Shown here: positions 53,198 to 62,054 of the stretch, one piece after another | Layout of the letters: each line of letters begins with the position of its first letter | How positions within the stretch are numbered: position 1 is the stretch's first letter | Source of the DNA: Candidatus Sysuimicrobiota bacterium | Lineage (GTDB): Bacteria; Sysuimicrobiota; Sysuimicrobiia; Sysuimicrobiales; Sysuimicrobiaceae | Assembly: GCA_040289515.1 (NCBI GenBank) | Contig: PSLI01000001.1 | Coordinates: forward strand, 32,001 to 96,000 | Length of the DNA: 64,000 bases | Direction: 5' to 3' | Made by a program: the position numbers and the translations under genes | Notes under the pieces: generated by a model | The model's database searches: none | The model's input: the letters and a program-made list of their open reading frames with translations, nothing else | What the model was told of the DNA's origin: nothing

Positions 53198-55114
53198 GTG
53201 ACCAACCGGTACGTGCGGAGCCTGGTGATCTGGGCGCTGGTGGTGGCGGTGGTGTTGTTCGTGCTGGTGCCCATGTACCGCAGCACCCGCACCGTGCCCC
53301 GGTCCATGGACTTCAGCGAGTTTTTGACCCTGGTGGAGCAGGGACAGGTGGCGGGCAAGGTGGTGTTCAACGAGGACAACAGCACCATCACCGGGGAGCG
53401 GCGGGACGGGCAACCCTTCCGGACCACCTACTCCAAGGAGGCCACCCTTCAGATCCAGGCCCTCCTGCGCCAGAAGGGCATCCCCTTCGCGGTGGAGGCG
53501 CCCACCCGGAATTCCCCGTGGCCCAACCTGCTGAGCAGCTTCCTGCCCCTGCTGCTCATCATTGGGCTGTGGTTCCTCATGATCCGCCAGGCGCAGTCGG
53601 GCAGCAACCAGGCCCTGTCCTTCGGGAAGAGCCGCGCCCGGCTGCACCACGAATCCAAGCCCAAAGTGACCTTCGAGGACGTGGCGGGCGTGGACGAGGC
53701 CAAGGAGGAGCTGCAGGAGATCATCGAGTTCCTCAAGCACCCCAAGAAGTTCCAGGCCCTCGGGGCCAAGATCCCGCGGGGCGTGCTCCTGGTGGGCCCC
53801 CCCGGCTCCGGGAAGACCCTCCTGGCCAAGGCGGTGGCCGGGGAGGCGGGGGTCCCCTTCTTCTCCATCTCCGGCTCGGAGTTCGTGGAGATGTTCGTGG
53901 GGGTGGGGGCTTCCCGGGTGCGGGACCTGTTCGACCAAGCCAAGAAGAACGCCCCGTGCCTGGTGTTCATCGACGAGATCGACGCGGTGGGTCGCCAGCG
54001 TGGGGCGGGGCTGGGCGGCGGCCACGACGAACGGGAGCAGACCCTGAACCAGCTCCTGGTAGAGATGGACGGCTTCGACCCCAACGCGGGGATCATCGTG
54101 ATCGCGGCCACCAACCGGCCGGACATCCTGGACCCCGCCCTGCTGCGGCCGGGCCGGTTCGACCGACGCATCGTGGTGGACAACCCAGACACCAAGGGCC
54201 GCAAGGCCATCCTGGAGGTGCACCTGCGGGGCAAGCCGCTGGCAGAGGACGTGAACGTGGACGTGTTGGCCAAGCGGACCCCCGGGTTCTCCGGCGCGGA
54301 CCTGGCCAACCTGGTGAACGAGGCGGCCCTGCTGGCCGCGCGCCGGAACAGGCGCCGCATCACGATGGCGGAGTTCGATGAGGCCATCGAGCGGGTGATC
54401 GCGGGCCCGCAGCGGCGCAGCCGGGTGCTGTCACAGCGCGAACGGGAGCTGGTGGCCTTCCACGAGGCCGGCCACGCCCTGCTCCGCAAGCTGTTGCCCC
54501 ACGCGGACCCGCCCCACAAGGTCACCATCGTGTCCCGGGGCATGGCGCTGGGCTACGTGATGGGGATGCCCCCCGAGGACCGCTACACCCGCACCCGGGT
54601 GGAGTTGCTGGACGAGATCACGGTGGCCATGGGGGGCCGGGTGGCGGAGGAGATCGTGTTTGGGGAGGTTACCACGGGCGCAGAGAACGACTTCGAGCAG
54701 GCCACGGACATGGCTCGCAAGATGGTCACGGACTTCGGGATGTCAGAGAAGCTGGGCCCCATGTCCTTGGGGAAGCGGCACGGGCCGGTGTTCCTGGGCC
54801 GTGACCTGGTGGAGAGCCGAAACTACAGCGAGGAGATCGCCTACGAGATTGACAAGGAGGTCCGGCGGATCATCGACGAGTGCTACACCCGGGCCAAGCA
54901 GATCCTGGAGGCTCACCGGGATAAGCTGGAGGTGGTGGCCCGGGCCCTGCTGGAGAAGGAGTCCCTGGACGCGGAGGAGCTGGAGCGGCTCCTGGCCGGC
55001 CAGCCCCTCGAACCAGAGCCCGCCGCTGCGCAGACAGCGGCCCCGCAGCCGGCCACCCGCCTGGCGGCCCCGCCCGTGGTAGCCTCCCTGCGTCCGAAGC
55101 CGGAAGCCAGCTAG
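53198..55114 (+). CDS. ftsH: ATP-dependent zinc metalloprotease FtsH
   Basis: Two TMs, [23 protein letters not shown] and HEAGH. Confidence 0.98.
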   Translation: MTNRYVRSLVIWALVVAVVLFVLVPMYRSTRTVPRSMDFSEFLTLVEQGQVAGKVVFNEDNSTITGERRDGQPFRTTYSKEATLQIQALLRQKGIPFAVEAPTRNSPWPNLLSSFLPLLLIIGLWFLMIRQAQSGSNQALSFGKSRARLHHESKPKVTFEDVAGVDEAKEELQEIIEFLKHPKKFQALGAKIPRGVLLVGPPGSGKTLLAKAVAGEAGVPFFSISGSEFVEMFVGVGASRVRDLFDQAKKNAPCLVFIDEIDAVGRQRGAGLGGGHDEREQTLNQLLVEMDGFDPNAGIIVIAATNRPDILDPALLRPGRFDRRIVVDNPDTKGRKAILEVHLRGKPLAEDVNVDVLAKRTPGFSGADLANLVNEAALLAARRNRRRITMAEFDEAIERVIAGPQRRSRVLSQRERELVAFHEAGHALLRKLLPHADPPHKVTIVSRGMALGYVMGMPPEDRYTRTRVELLDEITVAMGGRVAEEIVFGEVTTGAENDFEQATDMARKMVTDFGMSEKLGPMSLGKRHGPVFLGRDLVESRNYSEEIAYEIDKEVRRIIDECYTRAKQILEAHRDKLEVVARALLEKESLDAEELERLLAGQPLEPEPAAAQTAAPQPATRLAAPPVVASLRPKPEAS

Positions 55115-55458
55115 CCGATGTTTGCGTGTTGGGGGTTGTTCTGAGCTCGCTTGGCCGGGACCTCAAGAGCTAAAACCCGCGTCGTGTCTGGGTTTTCTTG
55201 GGGGACGGTGGCGGGTGTGCGCAGCTTGCATATTTTTGCCCCATATTTTGCCCATGGAAGGGCAGCTTATGAAGTAGGCTGGTGAAATGTTCCTGCGGAC
55301 CGTGACCCGGCGGCAGGGCGGGCCCACCTGCCAGTACCTGTACCTGGTGGAGTGCGCGTGGGAGGAAGGTGGCGCCCGCCAGCGGGTGGTGGCCCCTGTA
55401 GTGGAAAATCAAAATCAAAAATCCAGCTACGACAAGCCCCGTCCCGTGCAAACATCGG
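55115..55458. mobile_element. Miniature, internally deleted IS1634-like element (344 bp)
   Basis: Perfect 11-bp terminal inverted repeat CCGATGTTTGC/GCAAACATCGG extending imperfectly to about 33 bp; contains a truncated transposase-like N-terminus from 55287; locally AT-richer. Confidence 0.75.
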
Positions 55459-55476
55459 AGCCTGCCCGCAATCTGC

Positions 55477-56052
55477 TCAGGCCACGGAAGCGGAAAGCAG
55501 CTCCTGGGCCTGCACCACGCGGATGCCCGCCCGTTCCCACTCCCGCCGGCGATCGGGCACCTGGTCGGGGTAGACAGGCCGGGCCGCGTCCTCGATCACC
55601 GCGGTGCGGAACCCCGCCCGGGCCGCGTCCAGGGCGGTGGCGTGCACGCAGTAGTCGGTGGCCAGGCCGCACACGTACACCTCTTCCACGCCCAGTCCCC
55701 GCAGGAGCTCGGCCAGACCCGTGCCCTCAAACGCGGAGTACGCTTCCTGATCAGCGCGGTACGCCTTCCGCACGATGTGGGTGATGGGCTCCCGTCGTAG
55801 ATCCGGGCGCAGGTCCGCGCCCGGGGTGCCCTGCACGCAGTGGGAGGGCCAGGGTCCGCCGCGCTCGCGGAAGGACACGTGGTCGGCGGGGTGCCAGTCC
55901 TGGGTAGCCACCACCGGACGGCCTGCCCGCGCGAAGGCCTGCGCGAGCGCATTCACCACGGGAACGATGCGATCGCCCTCGGGCACCGCCAGCGCTCCCC
56001 CGGGGCAGAAGTCGTTCTGCACGTCCACCACCACCAAGGCTGCCTGCTCCAC
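55477..56052 (-). CDS. pncA: Nicotinamidase/pyrazinamidase
   Basis: VDVQNDFCPGGAL, TQDWH, WPSHCVQG, YSAF and GLATDYCV. Confidence 0.95.
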   Translation of the reverse strand: MEQAALVVVDVQNDFCPGGALAVPEGDRIVPVVNALAQAFARAGRPVVATQDWHPADHVSFRERGGPWPSHCVQGTPGADLRPDLRREPITHIVRKAYRADQEAYSAFEGTGLAELLRGLGVEEVYVCGLATDYCVHATALDAARAGFRTAVIEDAARPVYPDQVPDRRREWERAGIRVVQAQELLSASVA

Positions 56053-56132
56053 CGCCACACCTCCCTGCAGCACCTCTCAGCGTATAGTATACTTCCGTGC
56101 GAATCCGGTAGACGCGCTTGCGGGAGGCGAGG

Positions 56133-56594
56133 TTGGCCAAGCGGAACGCGCCGGAGGACCTGCGGCGGCCCTTGCTGGTGTACGTGAGCGTGGTGGCGAC
56201 CCTGGGCGTGCTGTTGGGCGTGCTGCAGGCGCGGTACGAGGCGCGCCGGCGGCCGCCCAGCGCGGAGGTGGTGGTGCGCCAGCTCACGGAAAGCTTCATC
56301 GGGGAAGGAACGGTCCGCTCCGTCAGCCTGCAGGGTGGGGTGGCGGAGCTGGAGGTGGCCATGGACGGCGTGCGGGCGCTGCCCCAGGACCGGTCGCAGT
56401 GGCCGCAGTTCTTCCGGGACGCCACGGACGTGGCCGCGGACCGACTGCTGACCCCGCCCCCGCAGATCACTAGCCCCGCCTTGCGCAGTCTGGAGCGCGT
56501 GACCATCCGCTACACCCTGCAGGGCCAGGAGGTGGCACGGGGCTCCAAGCGGCGGGGGCAGACCGCCACCACCGTCACCATGGCGCGGCCGTGA
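56133..56594 (+). CDS. Hypothetical membrane-anchored protein
   Basis: GGAGG RBS and TTG start; single N-terminal TM; GC3-rich codons. Confidence 0.65.
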   Translation: MAKRNAPEDLRRPLLVYVSVVATLGVLLGVLQARYEARRRPPSAEVVVRQLTESFIGEGTVRSVSLQGGVAELEVAMDGVRALPQDRSQWPQFFRDATDVAADRLLTPPPQITSPALRSLERVTIRYTLQGQEVARGSKRRGQTATTVTMARP

Positions 56595-56604
56595 GGAGGG
56601 CGAG

Positions 56605-56952
56605 GTGTACGTGCTGAACTTTTACTCCAGCGTGTTCGCGGAACAGCTCCGGCAGGGACGCAAGACGGCCACCATCCGGTTGGGGGACAAACGGGACAAG
56701 TACCGCGAGGGCCAGATCGTGTGGGTTACGGTCGGTCGGCGGTTCGGGGAGCGGCAAAGGATTTTCAGTGCGGTTATCGACAAGACGGAGTACAAACAGG
56801 TGAAGGACCTCACCCCACGGGAGATCGAGCGGGACCACCCGGAGCTGCGGCGGCACGAGGACCTGTTGGAGTTTCTGTCCTCCATCTACGGTCGCCCCGT
56901 GACCCTGGAGGATTGGGTCACCGTGGTGCACTTCTCTCCCGTGCGGGAGTGA
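56605..56952 (+). CDS. ASCH domain protein
   Basis: LNF...GRKTATIR (GxKxxTxR ASCH signature), C-terminal VTVVHF; AGGAGG RBS. Confidence 0.85.
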   Translation: MYVLNFYSSVFAEQLRQGRKTATIRLGDKRDKYREGQIVWVTVGRRFGERQRIFSAVIDKTEYKQVKDLTPREIERDHPELRRHEDLLEFLSSIYGRPVTLEDWVTVVHFSPVRE

Positions 56953-57529
56953 GGTTCCCGGAAGCCCGGTTGGCTGGCGGCGGCAACAGGAACTGGGGAG
57001 GGATGGCATCCGCCAGGTAGACGTCGTCGCTGGCGCAATAGAATGCGACTCCGGCCTCGTGGGCGCGGCGGGCCAGCACCGTGAGGATCACGGGGCTGGG
57101 GCTGTGCCGCAGGCCCACCTCCCGGGCCTGCAGGGGGGTTCTGGACAGGTGCACGAACCGACGGGTTCCGGGACGCAGCCCCTCCGACAGGATGGCCTCC
57201 AGCCGCTCGGGTGCGGTGCCGTGGTACAGCCACTCGGGGGGCCGCTGCGGCGTGCCCTCGGGCTGCACCGGTACGCTGTGGCCGTACAGGGCTCGCATGC
57301 GGCCGTCCCGCAGCTCGAAGCGACGCCGGCCGGGCAGCGCCACCACCGCCTCCAGGTCACCCGCGGTGGCGTCCTCCCACCCCCGCTGCCGCCGGATGGC
57401 TTCCAGCAACGCGTCCACGGGCACCCACCCGTGAGCGTCCAAGCGCAGGCCGAAGGCCTCCGGGCGGTGCCGGAGGATCAGGGACAGCAAGCGGCTCAGC
57501 CGCTCCGCGCGGCTCCGGTCCGCGGTCAT
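56918..57529 (-). CDS. kptA: RNA 2'-phosphotransferase (Tpt1/KptA)
   Basis: LSLILRHRP, RFE, RALYGHS, LYHGT and VHLS. Confidence 0.94.
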   Translation of the reverse strand: MTADRSRAERLSRLLSLILRHRPEAFGLRLDAHGWVPVDALLEAIRRQRGWEDATAGDLEAVVALPGRRRFELRDGRMRALYGHSVPVQPEGTPQRPPEWLYHGTAPERLEAILSEGLRPGTRRFVHLSRTPLQAREVGLRHSPSPVILTVLARRAHEAGVAFYCASDDVYLADAIPPQFLLPPPANRASGNLTPARERSAPR

Positions 57530-57576
57530 GGGTTGGATCCCGAGCGTATGATACACGCGGCGGGAGGGCCTTCGGG

Positions 57577-58470
57577 ATGAAGCCCCTCGTGGAGTGCGTC
57601 CCCAACGTGAGCGAGGGCCGCCGGCAGGAGGTGGTGGAGGAGCTGGCGGAGGCGGTGCGGGCCACTGGCGGTGTCCGGCTGTTGGATTACTCGTGGGACT
57701 GGGCGCACCACCGGTCCGTGTTCACGTTTGTCGGGCCTCCCGAGGCGGTGGTGCAGGCGGCGCTGGCGCTGGCCGCGGTGGCGGTGCGGCGCATCGACCT
57801 GCGGACCCACCGTGGGCTGCACCCGAGGATCGGCGCCTTGGACGTGGTCCCCTTCGTCCCCCTGCGGGGTGTGACCCTGGAGGACTGCGTGCAGCTGAGC
57901 CGCACCTTCGCCCAGGCCCTGTGGGAGCGGCACCGGGTGCCGGTGTACTTCTACGCCCACTCCGCCCTGCGGCCGGGCCGCCGCTGGCTACCGTACATCC
58001 GGCGCGGGGGGTTCGAGGCACTGCAGTCCCGCATCGCGGAGCCCGACGGTCACCCCGACGTGGGCGAGCCCAGGGTCCACCCCACCGCGGGAGCCACCGC
58101 CACCGGCGCCCGCGAGCTGCTGGTGGCGTGGAACTTCACCCTGGCCACGGAGGACGTGCAGGTGGCCTGGGCGGTGGCGCGGCGGGTGCGCCAGTCCTCC
58201 GGGGGACTGCTCGGCGTGCAGGCCTCCGGGTGGGCTTTGCCGCAGGGAGGGGTGCAGGTGTCGGTGAACGTGCTGGACTACCGCGCCACACCCTTGGACG
58301 TGCTGTACGAGGCGGTGCGCGAGGAAGCCGCCCGGTACGGGGTGCAGATCGCTGCCACGGAGTTCGTGGGGCTGGTGCCCGCGGAGGCGGTGGCACAGGT
58401 GGCCGCGCGCGCCCTGCGGGCGTCCAACCTGGACGTCCGCAGGGTGCTGGAAGCGAGGTTGGTGGAGTGA
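57577..58470 (+). CDS. Glutamate formiminotransferase
   Basis: ECVPNVSEGR, HHRSVFT, IDLRTHRGLHPRIGALDVVPFVPL, IRRGGFE, HPTAGA and QVSVN. Confidence 0.92.
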   Translation: MKPLVECVPNVSEGRRQEVVEELAEAVRATGGVRLLDYSWDWAHHRSVFTFVGPPEAVVQAALALAAVAVRRIDLRTHRGLHPRIGALDVVPFVPLRGVTLEDCVQLSRTFAQALWERHRVPVYFYAHSALRPGRRWLPYIRRGGFEALQSRIAEPDGHPDVGEPRVHPTAGATATGARELLVAWNFTLATEDVQVAWAVARRVRQSSGGLLGVQASGWALPQGGVQVSVNVLDYRATPLDVLYEAVREEAARYGVQIAATEFVGLVPAEAVAQVAARALRASNLDVRRVLEARLVE

Positions 58471-59333
58471 GGCCGCAATACATCCGCTGCGGCCGCCGCG
58501 TCCTTCCCGTGGGGCGCCGCACCCTGGTGATGGGCGTGCTGAACGTCACCCCGGACTCCTTCAGCGGAGACGGCCTGTTCACGGGCCCCGACTGGCTGGA
58601 GCGGGTGGTGCACACGGGGCAGCAGATGGTGCAGGAGGGCGCAGACCTGCTGGATGTGGGCGGGGAGTCCACGCGGCCCGGTGCGGATCCCGTGCCCTTG
58701 GAGGAGGAGCTCCGGCGGGTGGTGCCTGCGGTGGAGGCTCTCCGGAAGGCCGTAAACGTCCCCATCTCCGTGGACACCACGAAGGCGGAGGTGGCCCGGC
58801 AGGCCCTGCGGGCGGGGGCGGACCTGGTCAACGACATCAGCGCCCTGCGCTGGGACCCCGACATGGTGAAGGTGGTGGCGGAGGCGGGCTGTGGGGTGGT
58901 CCTGATGCACATGAAGGGCACCCCCAAGGACATGCAGCGCGACCCCCGCTACCACAACGTGGTGGCGGAGGTGCGGGTCTTCCTCGAGGAGCGCCTGCGC
59001 TGGGCGGAAAAGCACGGGATCGCCCGCGAGCACGTCCTGCTGGATCCTGGTTTCGGGTTCGGGAAGCGCCCGGAGCACAACTTGGAGCTGGTGCGCCACC
59101 TGCGGACCTTCCGAGAGCTGGGCTGCCCGGTGCTGCTGGGCGCGTCCCGGAAGAGCACCATCGGAGTGCTGCTGGGCGGGCTTCCGCCTGCAAAGCGGGT
59201 GGAGGGCACCGCGGCGGTGGTGGCCCTGGCGGTGGCGTACGGCGTGGACGTCGTCCGCGTGCACGACGTGCGGGCCATGGTGCGGGTGGTACGGGTGGCG
59301 GATGCCCTGGTGCGTGGGTGGAATCCAGGCTAG
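58467..59333 (+). CDS. folP: Dihydropteroate synthase
   Basis: MGVLNVTPDSFS, GGESTRPGA, DPGFGFGK, GASRKS and RVHDV. Confidence 0.97.
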   Translation: MRPQYIRCGRRVLPVGRRTLVMGVLNVTPDSFSGDGLFTGPDWLERVVHTGQQMVQEGADLLDVGGESTRPGADPVPLEEELRRVVPAVEALRKAVNVPISVDTTKAEVARQALRAGADLVNDISALRWDPDMVKVVAEAGCGVVLMHMKGTPKDMQRDPRYHNVVAEVRVFLEERLRWAEKHGIAREHVLLDPGFGFGKRPEHNLELVRHLRTFRELGCPVLLGASRKSTIGVLLGGLPPAKRVEGTAAVVALAVAYGVDVVRVHDVRAMVRVVRVADALVRGWNPG

Positions 59334-59342
59334 GAGGTGGCG

Positions 59343-59726
59343 GTGGACCGCATCGTGCTGAAGGATATGGCCTTCTACGGCCCCCACGGGGTGCAGCCCG
59401 AGGAGCGCGAGCGCGGCCAGGTGTTCTTCGTGGACGTGGAGCTGGAGTGCGACCTGCACCCCGCGGGCCACAGCGACAACCTGCTAGACACCGTGGACTA
59501 CCGGGAGGTGTACCGGCGGGTGCAGGCGGTGCTCACAGGGCCTTCGCGGGCGCTGCTGGAGGCGCTCGCGGAGCAGGTGGCCCACCGGTTGCTGGAGCTG
59601 GAAGGTGTGCAGTCGGTGCGGGTGGAGGTTCGCAAGCCCCACGTGAACCTGGGCGGGCCGGTCGGGTTCGCTGCGGTGCGGGTGGAACGCCGGCGGGCCG
59701 TCCGGGTGGGTTCGTCGGAGGTGTAG
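59343..59726 (+). CDS. folB: Dihydroneopterin aldolase
   Basis: FYGPHGVQPEERERGQ, TVDY and LLEALA; alternative start 59337. Confidence 0.95.
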   Translation: MDRIVLKDMAFYGPHGVQPEERERGQVFFVDVELECDLHPAGHSDNLLDTVDYREVYRRVQAVLTGPSRALLEALAEQVAHRLLELEGVQSVRVEVRKPHVNLGGPVGFAAVRVERRRAVRVGSSEV

Positions 59727-59728
59727 GA

Positions 59729-60205
59729 GTGAACGAGCGGGTGTTCCTCTCCCTCGGGTCGAACCTGGGCGCCCGGCAGGCAAACCTGCAGGCGGCGTTG
59801 AGGCTGCTGCAGGAGGGAGGGGTGCGGGTGGTGCGGTGCAGCTCCTGGTACGAGACGGACCCCGTGGGCTACGTGGACCAGCCGCCCTTTCTCAACCTGG
59901 TGGTGGAGGCCCGCACGGAGCTTTCGCCGCACGCCCTTCTGCGGCTGGCGCAACGCGTGGAGTCTGCCCTGGGGCGTGTGCGGCAGGTGCCCTGGGGCCC
60001 GCGTACGGCGGACGTGGACCTGCTGCTGTACGGGAATCGGGTGGTGGCCACCCCGGAGCTGGTCCTGCCGCACCCCCGCATGCGGGAACGCGCCTTCGTC
60101 CTGGTCCCTCTGCACGAGGTGGCCCCGGACCTGGTACTGCCAGACGGGACTCCTGTACGCAGCCTGCTGCCGCAGGTGGCAGACCAGCGAGTGCAGCGGC
60201 GATGA
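59729..60205 (+). CDS. folK: 6-hydroxymethyl-7,8-dihydropterin pyrophosphokinase
   Basis: LSLGSNLG, YETDP, FLNLV, WGPRTADVDLL and LPHPRMRERAFVLVPL. Confidence 0.96.
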   Translation: MNERVFLSLGSNLGARQANLQAALRLLQEGGVRVVRCSSWYETDPVGYVDQPPFLNLVVEARTELSPHALLRLAQRVESALGRVRQVPWGPRTADVDLLLYGNRVVATPELVLPHPRMRERAFVLVPLHEVAPDLVLPDGTPVRSLLPQVADQRVQRR

Positions 60206-60948
60206 CGGAGCTAGACGCCGTGCAGCGCGACCTGCGCACCCGGTACGTGGGCCGGCGGCTTTACTGGTTCGAGGAGGTGACCTCCACCAACGACGTGGCC
60301 CACACCCTGGCGGAACAGGGGACGCCGGAGGGGACCGTGGTGGCGGCGCGCACGCAGACCGAGGGGCGGGGTCGGCTGGGGCGACGGTGGGTCTCCCCAC
60401 CCGGTGGGCTGTGGCTGTCCGTGGTGTTCCGTCCTCCTGCAGCGCCCCATGAGCTTCCGCGCCTGGGCCTGGGCATGGGCGTGGCGTGCAGCCGGGCTTT
60501 GGAGCGCGCCTGCGGGGTTCGCGTGGGCCTGCGGTGGCCCAACGACCTGGTGGTGGAAGGCCGAAAGGTGGGCGGTATTCTCGTGGAATCCGGGCCGGAG
60601 GGACGGTGGCTGGTGGTGGGGATCGGCGTGAACGTGAGCGTGCCCGCAGACCAGCTCCCCGAGGGCGCCGCGTCCGTGGAGCAGGTGGCGCCCGTCGATC
60701 GCGCCGCGCTCCTGCAGGCCCTCCTGGTGGAGGTGGAGATGGCCTATGAGCTGTTCCGCGGTGGGGACTGGGCCACCCTGCTGGACTGGTGGCGCCGCAG
60801 GTCCACCACCCTGGGCCGCCGCGTGCGGGTGCACGTGGCCTCGGGGGTGTACGAGGGGGTTGCGGAGGACGTGGACGAGGACGGCGCGCTCCTTCTCAGG
60901 CTGCCGGACGGGCGGCACAAACGCATCGTGGCGGGGGACGTAGGCTGA
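60202..60948 (+). CDS. birA: Biotin--protein ligase without N-terminal HTH
   Basis: STND, QTEGRGRLGRRW, RWPND, KVGGIL and GIGVN. Confidence 0.94.
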   Translation: MTELDAVQRDLRTRYVGRRLYWFEEVTSTNDVAHTLAEQGTPEGTVVAARTQTEGRGRLGRRWVSPPGGLWLSVVFRPPAAPHELPRLGLGMGVACSRALERACGVRVGLRWPNDLVVEGRKVGGILVESGPEGRWLVVGIGVNVSVPADQLPEGAASVEQVAPVDRAALLQALLVEVEMAYELFRGGDWATLLDWWRRRSTTLGRRVRVHVASGVYEGVAEDVDEDGALLLRLPDGRHKRIVAGDVG

Positions 60949-60969
60949 GGCTCGGGGAGGGGAAAGACG

Positions 60970-61941
60970 GTGCCGGCCATCACGGACGTAGCGGGGATCC
61001 GGGTAGGGCATGCCACGGACCTGGAGGCAGCTACCGGCTGCACCGTGGTCCTGTGCGAGCAGGGCGCGGTGGCGGGCGTGGAGGTGCGAGGCAGCGCACC
61101 AGGTACCCGCGAGACGGATCTGTTGCATCCCCTCAACCGCGTGCAGCACGTGCACGGGGTCCTGCTGACGGGTGGCAGTGCGTTCGGCCTGGCGGCTGCG
61201 GACGGGGTGATGCGCTACCTAGAGGAGCGGGGGGTGGGCTACGACGTGGTGGTGGCCAGGGTCCCCATCGTGCCCGCGGGGGTCATCTTTGATCTGTGGT
61301 TGGGCCGCCCCGACGTGCGGCCGGACGCTGCCATGGGCTACGCGGCGTGCCAGGCCGCCTCCGAAGACCCGCCGGGGGAGGGAACCGTGGGCGCGGGCAC
61401 CGGTGCGACCGTGGGCAAGCTGTACGGTCCTGTGGGAGCCATGAAGGGCGGCGTCGGGACGTGGGGGGAAACGCTGGCCGGTGGCCAGGTGGTGGCGGCC
61501 CTGGTGGTGGTGAATGCGGTGGGCGACGTGCTGGCTGCGGACGGGTCGGTGCTGGCGGGGACGCGCGACCCCGCCACGGGAAAGCTGGTGGGCTCCGCGG
61601 CGCTGCTGCGCAGCGGCTACGTGCCGCCCCGCATGCTCGGCCAGAGCACCGTGGTGGGGGTGGTGGCCACCAACGTGTCGCTGTCCAAGGTGGAGTGCAA
61701 CCGCCTGGCGCGGGTGGCGCACCACGGGCTGGCGCAGGCGGTCTCGCCCTCCCACACCACCCTGGACGGCGACACCTTTTTCGCCCTGAGCCTCGGGCAG
61801 GTAGAGGGCGTCTACGACGTGGTGGCCGCGGCGGTGCCCTCCGTGGTGGCGGAGGCCATCCGACGTGCGGTGCGGGCGGCACGCGGGCTGCACGGCATCC
61901 CAGGGCTGGCGGATGGCCCTGAAGGGTTGCACCCAGCCTGA
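60970..61941 (+). CDS. P1/DmpA-family (S58) peptidase
   Basis: ITDVAGIRVGH, GSAPGTRETD, LTGGSAFGL, VGAGTGA, NAVGD and DGDTFF. Confidence 0.92.
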   Translation: MPAITDVAGIRVGHATDLEAATGCTVVLCEQGAVAGVEVRGSAPGTRETDLLHPLNRVQHVHGVLLTGGSAFGLAAADGVMRYLEERGVGYDVVVARVPIVPAGVIFDLWLGRPDVRPDAAMGYAACQAASEDPPGEGTVGAGTGATVGKLYGPVGAMKGGVGTWGETLAGGQVVAALVVVNAVGDVLAADGSVLAGTRDPATGKLVGSAALLRSGYVPPRMLGQSTVVGVVATNVSLSKVECNRLARVAHHGLAQAVSPSHTTLDGDTFFALSLGQVEGVYDVVAAAVPSVVAEAIRRAVRAARGLHGIPGLADGPEGLHPA

Positions 61942-61955
61942 AGCGCGGTTAGGCT

Positions 61956-62042
61956 GTTGGCGGGCCGGCATCCACTGCGAGTCGGACCCCGGCGAACCGA
62001 AATCCCCTTCGGTCCGTCCGGTACTGGGAGGCCAGACTGGAA
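61956..62042 (+). ncRNA. Structured leader, candidate pan-motif RNA
   Basis: Consecutive hairpins, the last GTC-c-GGT-a-CT-ggg-AG-GCC-a-GAC with unpaired adenosines, directly before the RBS of a PanT-like gene. Confidence 0.45.
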
Positions 62043-62054
62043 CGGAGGTGCCGC

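Noticed and set aside
51671..54223. Long antisense and alternative-frame ORFs (this 850-aa ORF, 12433-14610, 18268-20118, 36947-38845 and many others)
   Set aside because: They are shadows of real genes caused by high GC and scarce stop codons; they are Arg/Pro/Gly-rich and lack family motifs.
55287..55784. 165-aa ORF as an intact transposase
   Set aside because: Similarity ends after about 36 codons; the rest reads through the inverted repeat into the antisense of pncA and has no DDE domain.
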